Assembly: GCA_963582805.1 (NCBI GenBank)
Contig: CAUZTZ010000002.1
Coordinates: 1 to 40,790, forward strand
Length of the DNA stretch: 40,790 nt
Source: Alphaproteobacteria bacterium
GTDB lineage: Bacteria; Pseudomonadota; Alphaproteobacteria; Rhodospirillales; UBA2165
Direction: 5' to 3'
The position numbers were made by a program, and so were the translations under genes. The notes beneath the pieces were generated by a model that saw only the letters and a program-made list of their open reading frames with translations, was not told the origin of the DNA and made no database searches. Below are positions 37,755-40,790 of this stretch, in pieces (within the stretch, counting starts at the first letter, position 1; the number at the start of each line of letters is the position of its first letter).

Positions 37755-38639
37755 TCAGGCGGCGATGGCCTGATCGAGGGCCGCGTTGCGAACCGCTTTT
37801 TGAACCTTCTCGAAAGCGCGCACTTCGATCTGGCGCACCCGCTCGCGGGAAATGCCATAGCGCCGGCTCAAATTATCGAGGGTCGAGGGGTCGTCTTTCA
37901 GGCGCCGCTCGAAGAAAATCTCCCGCTCGCGCTCTTTCAGGCCGCCGAGGGCGCTGCCCAGAAGATGGCGGCGGTTCCTCAGTTCCTCGTTTTCGGCAAG
38001 GCTTTCTTCCTGATCGGTATTGTCGTCGACCAGCCAGTCCTGCCATTCGCCGTCGCCTTCTTCGCGCAAGGGCGCGTTGAGGGAATTGTCCGGCCCGGCG
38101 ATGCGCCGGTTCATGGAAACCACCTCGGCTTCGGAAACGTTGAGATGCTCGGAAATGGCGCTCACATGCTCCGGCGTCAGATCGCCTTCTTCGATGGCGC
38201 TCAGTTTGTTCTTGAGCTTGCGGAGATTGAAAAACAGTTTTTTCTGGGCGGCGGTGGTGCCCATCTTGACCAGCGACCAGGAATGCAGAATATATTCCTG
38301 GATGGCGGCGCGGATCCACCACATGGCATAGGTCGCCAGGCGGAAGCCGCGTTCGGGATCAAAGCGTTTGACCGCCTGCATGATGCCCACATTGCCTTCC
38401 GAAATCAGATCGGCCACCGGGAGGCCGTAGCCGCGGTAGCCCATGGCGATCTTGGCCACCAGGCGAAGATGGCTGTTCACCATCTGATGCGCCGCTTGGT
38501 GATCGTTTTTCTTCTGCCAGCGCGTCGCCAGGCTTTGCTCGTCCTCCAACGTCAACATCGGGAAGCGACGAATTTCCTGAAGATAGCGGGAGAGATTTGC
38601 TTCGGGAGTAACCGAGAGAGTTAATGTTCTTACAGCCAT
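37755..38639 (-). CDS. rpoH: RNA polymerase sigma-32 (heat-shock sigma factor)
   Basis: 294-aa ORF with sigma-70 regions 2-4 and the RpoH box (QKKLFFNLRKLK). Confidence 0.93.
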   Translation of the reverse strand: MAVRTLTLSVTPEANLSRYLQEIRRFPMLTLEDEQSLATRWQKKNDHQAAHQMVNSHLRLVAKIAMGYRGYGLPVADLISEGNVGIMQAVKRFDPERGFRLATYAMWWIRAAIQEYILHSWSLVKMGTTAAQKKLFFNLRKLKNKLSAIEEGDLTPEHVSAISEHLNVSEAEVVSMNRRIAGPDNSLNAPLREEGDGEWQDWLVDDNTDQEESLAENEELRNRRHLLGSALGGLKEREREIFFERRLKDDPSTLDNLSRRYGISRERVRQIEVRAFEKVQKAVRNAALDQAIAA

Positions 38640-38776
38640 GATCCTATGCCCTTATTTTCCGTTTTCACTGTCGTTCGCGCCTTGCGGAACGTGGGGACAT
38701 CATTGCCGGGAGTTGCCGCTCCAATCAACGAACAGCGTGTATTAAAGGGTAAGCGCGGGTCTCATTTGTAAATTTC

Positions 38777-38824
38777 GTATTACAAAAGCGCCTTGAGATC
38801 GTCTTACAAAAGCGCCTTGAGATC
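38777..38824. repeat. 24-nt tandem duplication spanning the rluD stop codon
   Basis: gtattacaaaagcgccttgagatc (38777-38800) and gtcttacaaaagcgccttgagatc (38801-38824) differ at 1 position. On the minus strand this reads ...ADLKALL-TAA-DDLKALL-TAA. Confidence 0.9.
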
Positions 38825-39814
38825 GGCCGGCAGTTCGCTGTCGAAACGCAACTGGGCGCCGCTGGCGGGATGCACAAAGCCAAGCCGGCAGGCGTGCAGG
38901 GCCTGGCGGCCAAGCGCCGCCACCAACTCAGCGAAGCGTTCGTCGCCGCTATGCCCTTGGCGCCCCCGGCGCCCGCCATAGACCGGATCGCCGGCAATCG
39001 GGTGGCCTATATGGGCCATGTGCACCCGGATCTGATGGGTGCGCCCGGTCTTCAGCCGGCATTCGATGAGCGCCGCGAAGGCCAGCCGCTCAGCCACGCG
39101 CCCGAGCGGGCGGATGAGCCGGTAATGGGTTTCCGCCGGCTTGCCGCCGCGCGCCAGCACCGCCATTTTTTTGCGATTCTTGGGGTTGCGCCCGATATTG
39201 CCCCGGATCACGCCGGTGGATTTTTCGGGCACCCCCCAGACCACCGCCTGATAGGCCCTATCGATGCTGTGGGCGGCGAACTGCTCGGCAAGATGCCGGT
39301 GCGCGGCATCGTTTTTGGCGGCGATGATCAGCCCCGACGTATCTTTATCCAGCCGGTGCACAATGCCCGGCCTGATCTCGCCGCCGATCCCCGACAGGCT
39401 GTCGCCGCAATGGGCGATAAGCGCGTTGACCAGGGTGCGGTCCGGATTGCCCGCCGCCGGATGCACCACCAGGCCAGCGGGCTTGTTGATGACGATCAGA
39501 TCCGCATCCTCGTGGCAAATCTCGAGGGCGATGGCTTGGCCCTGGGGGCGCGCCGGGCGGGCAACCGGCACCAGAACTTCGTAAACCTGGCCCGGTTTGA
39601 CCCGTCTCGACGGGTCGTTTACTGTTTTTTCGGTCGACGTTACGCAGCCATCTTCCATCAATGATTTGATGCGCGTGCGCGACAGGCTTTCGATATGATC
39701 GCCGAGAAATTTATCGAGGCGGTCGCCGGCGCGCGCCTCGGAAACGGCGACAACGTGGCGCTCACCAATGGGAAGTCCAGTCATGGAATGTTCAGTCATG
39801 GATTGTCTAGTCAT
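38804..39814 (-). CDS. rluD: 23S rRNA pseudouridine synthase, RluA/RluD family
   Basis: 336-aa ORF with an S4-like N-terminal domain and the catalytic motif HRLDKDTSGL. Three in-frame ATGs (39814, 39799, 39784) make the start ambiguous. Confidence 0.88.
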   Translation of the reverse strand: MTRQSMTEHSMTGLPIGERHVVAVSEARAGDRLDKFLGDHIESLSRTRIKSLMEDGCVTSTEKTVNDPSRRVKPGQVYEVLVPVARPARPQGQAIALEICHEDADLIVINKPAGLVVHPAAGNPDRTLVNALIAHCGDSLSGIGGEIRPGIVHRLDKDTSGLIIAAKNDAAHRHLAEQFAAHSIDRAYQAVVWGVPEKSTGVIRGNIGRNPKNRKKMAVLARGGKPAETHYRLIRPLGRVAERLAFAALIECRLKTGRTHQIRVHMAHIGHPIAGDPVYGGRRGRQGHSGDERFAELVAALGRQALHACRLGFVHPASGAQLRFDSELPADLKALL

Positions 39815-39823
39815 GGGACCGAG
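39779..39823. repeat. 15-nt tandem triplication covering the rluD start region
   Basis: agtcatggaatgttc (39779-39793), agtcatggattgtct (39794-39808) and agtcatgggaccgag (39809-39823). On the minus strand this encodes MTRQS-MTEHS-MTGLP. Confidence 0.8.
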
Positions 39824-39837
39824 ATTGACCTGAAATC

Positions 39838-40152
39838 ATGCAATCGAACAAGGGCTTAATTTTTCTGGTGGCCGGTCTCGGCGCGCTGATCGTTTTGGGA
39901 CTGGTGGCGGTGGTTGCCGGCATCGTGATCAAATCGTCGGGCCCCGGCAACCGCCTGTTCGGGCCCGCTCCCGCCAGCGCTGAGACAAGCGTGGCCCTGC
40001 CCGCCGGCGCCCGGGTGATCGGCGTAACCGCCGATGACGGCGTCCTCCACGTCCATATGGAAACGCTTGGCGGCGCCAGCGTCTGGCGCATCGATGCCGC
40101 CTCGGGCCGGGTGCTCGGCAAGTTACGGCTCGCGCCCAAAGCCGCCCCTTGA
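39838..40152 (+). CDS. Small N-terminally membrane-anchored hypothetical protein
   Basis: 104-aa ORF with one TM segment (LIFLVAGLGALIVLGLVAVVAGIVI) followed by a beta-rich soluble part. Its stop overlaps the start of the next gene. Confidence 0.5.
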   Translation: MQSNKGLIFLVAGLGALIVLGLVAVVAGIVIKSSGPGNRLFGPAPASAETSVALPAGARVIGVTADDGVLHVHMETLGGASVWRIDAASGRVLGKLRLAPKAAP

Positions 40153-40589
40153 TGAAATTATCCGCCCGTCATCGCCAAATGATCTTGGACCAAGCGGCGG
40201 CGGCCTACCCGGCCGAATGCTGTGGGCTTTTGGTGGGCAACCGTAACGCGGCCGATGATTGGACCGTCACCCGCGTGGTGCCCGCCGCCAACGTGGCGGC
40301 GCCGGAGCCCGGCCATACGATCCGCGACCGTTTCGAGGTCGATCCGCAAACCCGCTTCGATCTGGAGCGGGAATTGCGCGGCCAACGGGATGCAGTCATC
40401 GGCCACTATCATTCCCACCCGGACCATCCGGCGGAGCCCTCGGCGACCGATCTTGCCAAGGCGTTCGAGCCGTCGCTGATTTGGATCATCGCCGGCGTTT
40501 CGGCGGGCGAGGCAACCGGGCTGGCGGCATTTCGTCTGGCCGGCGATGCGTTCGAGCCGTTGGCCCTGGAAATCCAGGATGAGGAATGA
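40152..40589 (+). CDS. Mov34/MPN/PAD-1 family JAMM metalloprotease (MPN+)
   Basis: The ATG at 40152 overlaps the upstream TGA. It has a complete JAMM signature: an upstream Glu (AECCGLLVG) and H-S-H-x7-S-x2-D (HSHPDHPAEPSATD). Confidence 0.8.
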   Translation: MKLSARHRQMILDQAAAAYPAECCGLLVGNRNAADDWTVTRVVPAANVAAPEPGHTIRDRFEVDPQTRFDLERELRGQRDAVIGHYHSHPDHPAEPSATDLAKAFEPSLIWIIAGVSAGEATGLAAFRLAGDAFEPLALEIQDEE

Positions 40590-40632
40590 TTGAAAAGGCT
40601 CCAAAATATTGCGACAGTCCCCGGACCCTAGG

Positions 40633-40708
40633 GTCCCCATCGTCTAGTGGCCTAGGACATCGGCCTCTCACGCCGAAAACGGGGGTTCGACTCCCCCTGG
40701 GGATACCA
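40633..40708 (+). tRNA. tRNA-Glu (anticodon CUC)
   Basis: 76 nt folds as a cloverleaf. Elements are the acceptor GTCCCCA/TGGGGAT (G1-U72 wobble), D arm GTCT/GGAC, anticodon stem TCGGC/GCCGA with loop CTCTCAC, T arm GGGGG-TTCGACT-CCCCC and an encoded CCA. It is very similar to E. coli tRNA-Glu. Confidence 0.9.
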
Positions 40709-40790
40709 AGGGTTTCCGCTTAAAGATGCAAATCAGCCGCGACGCCGAAGTGATCGCTTAGGCGCTTGCCGTCCGCCCCGATATTGCTGA

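Noticed and set aside
38699-38728. Possible rpoH promoter on the minus strand (TTGATT-N18-AATGAT)
   Set aside because: The spacer is long and the hexamers are mediocre. Alphaproteobacterial rpoH promoters vary, so it cannot be supported without transcription start data.
40709-40790. Possible integration hotspot downstream of tRNA-Glu
   Set aside because: No integrase, direct repeat of the tRNA 3' end, or compositional shift is visible in the 82 nt available.

Overview
GC-rich, tightly packed chromosomal core region, most likely from an alphaproteobacterium. That inference rests on a DivK-type single-domain response regulator, RpoH, hisZ-purA adjacency and an msbA-DUF374-waaA-lpxK-acyltransferase lipid A/Kdo block. 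About 38 protein genes are supported. They cover purine and pyrimidine synthesis (purD, purA, pyrB plus a pyrC-like gene, hisZ), DNA and RNA transactions (xseA, ruvX, dprA, topA, rnr, rluD, rpoH), envelope and LPS functions (lpxK, waaA, msbA, acyltransferases, plsY, M23 and S41 peptidases, a GtrB/ArnC-like GT2) and assorted transporters and oxidoreductases. There is also rpmG (L33, below the ORF-track size cutoff) and one tRNA-Glu(CUC). I see no CRISPR array, transposase, integrase, prophage or rRNA gene, so this is not an obvious accessory island. Many of the long ORFs in the track are antisense or off-frame shadows typical of high-GC DNA. The two strongest second-look items are as follows. 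(1) A DsbA/FrnE-like oxidoreductase has its real ATG and Shine-Dalgarno 117 nt upstream of the called start, and its single in-frame TGA falls exactly on the first Cys of the CPWC motif, with a SECIS-like hairpin just downstream; this is a candidate selenoprotein missed by ORF calling. (2) A 738-aa, apparently C-terminally anchored Hanks-type pseudokinase has its catalytic Lys, HRD Asp and DFG Asp all substituted, carries an acidic 8-aa tandem-repeat N-terminus, and is followed by a small polytopic membrane protein. Lesser items are a dihydroorotase-like gene lacking the HxH metal dyad (PyrC-prime type), in-frame tandem micro-duplications at both ends of rluD, phased short repeats in two intergenic regions, and an orphan JAMM/MPN+ protein coupled to a small membrane protein. 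All functional calls rest on motif recognition by eye; no database search was possible.
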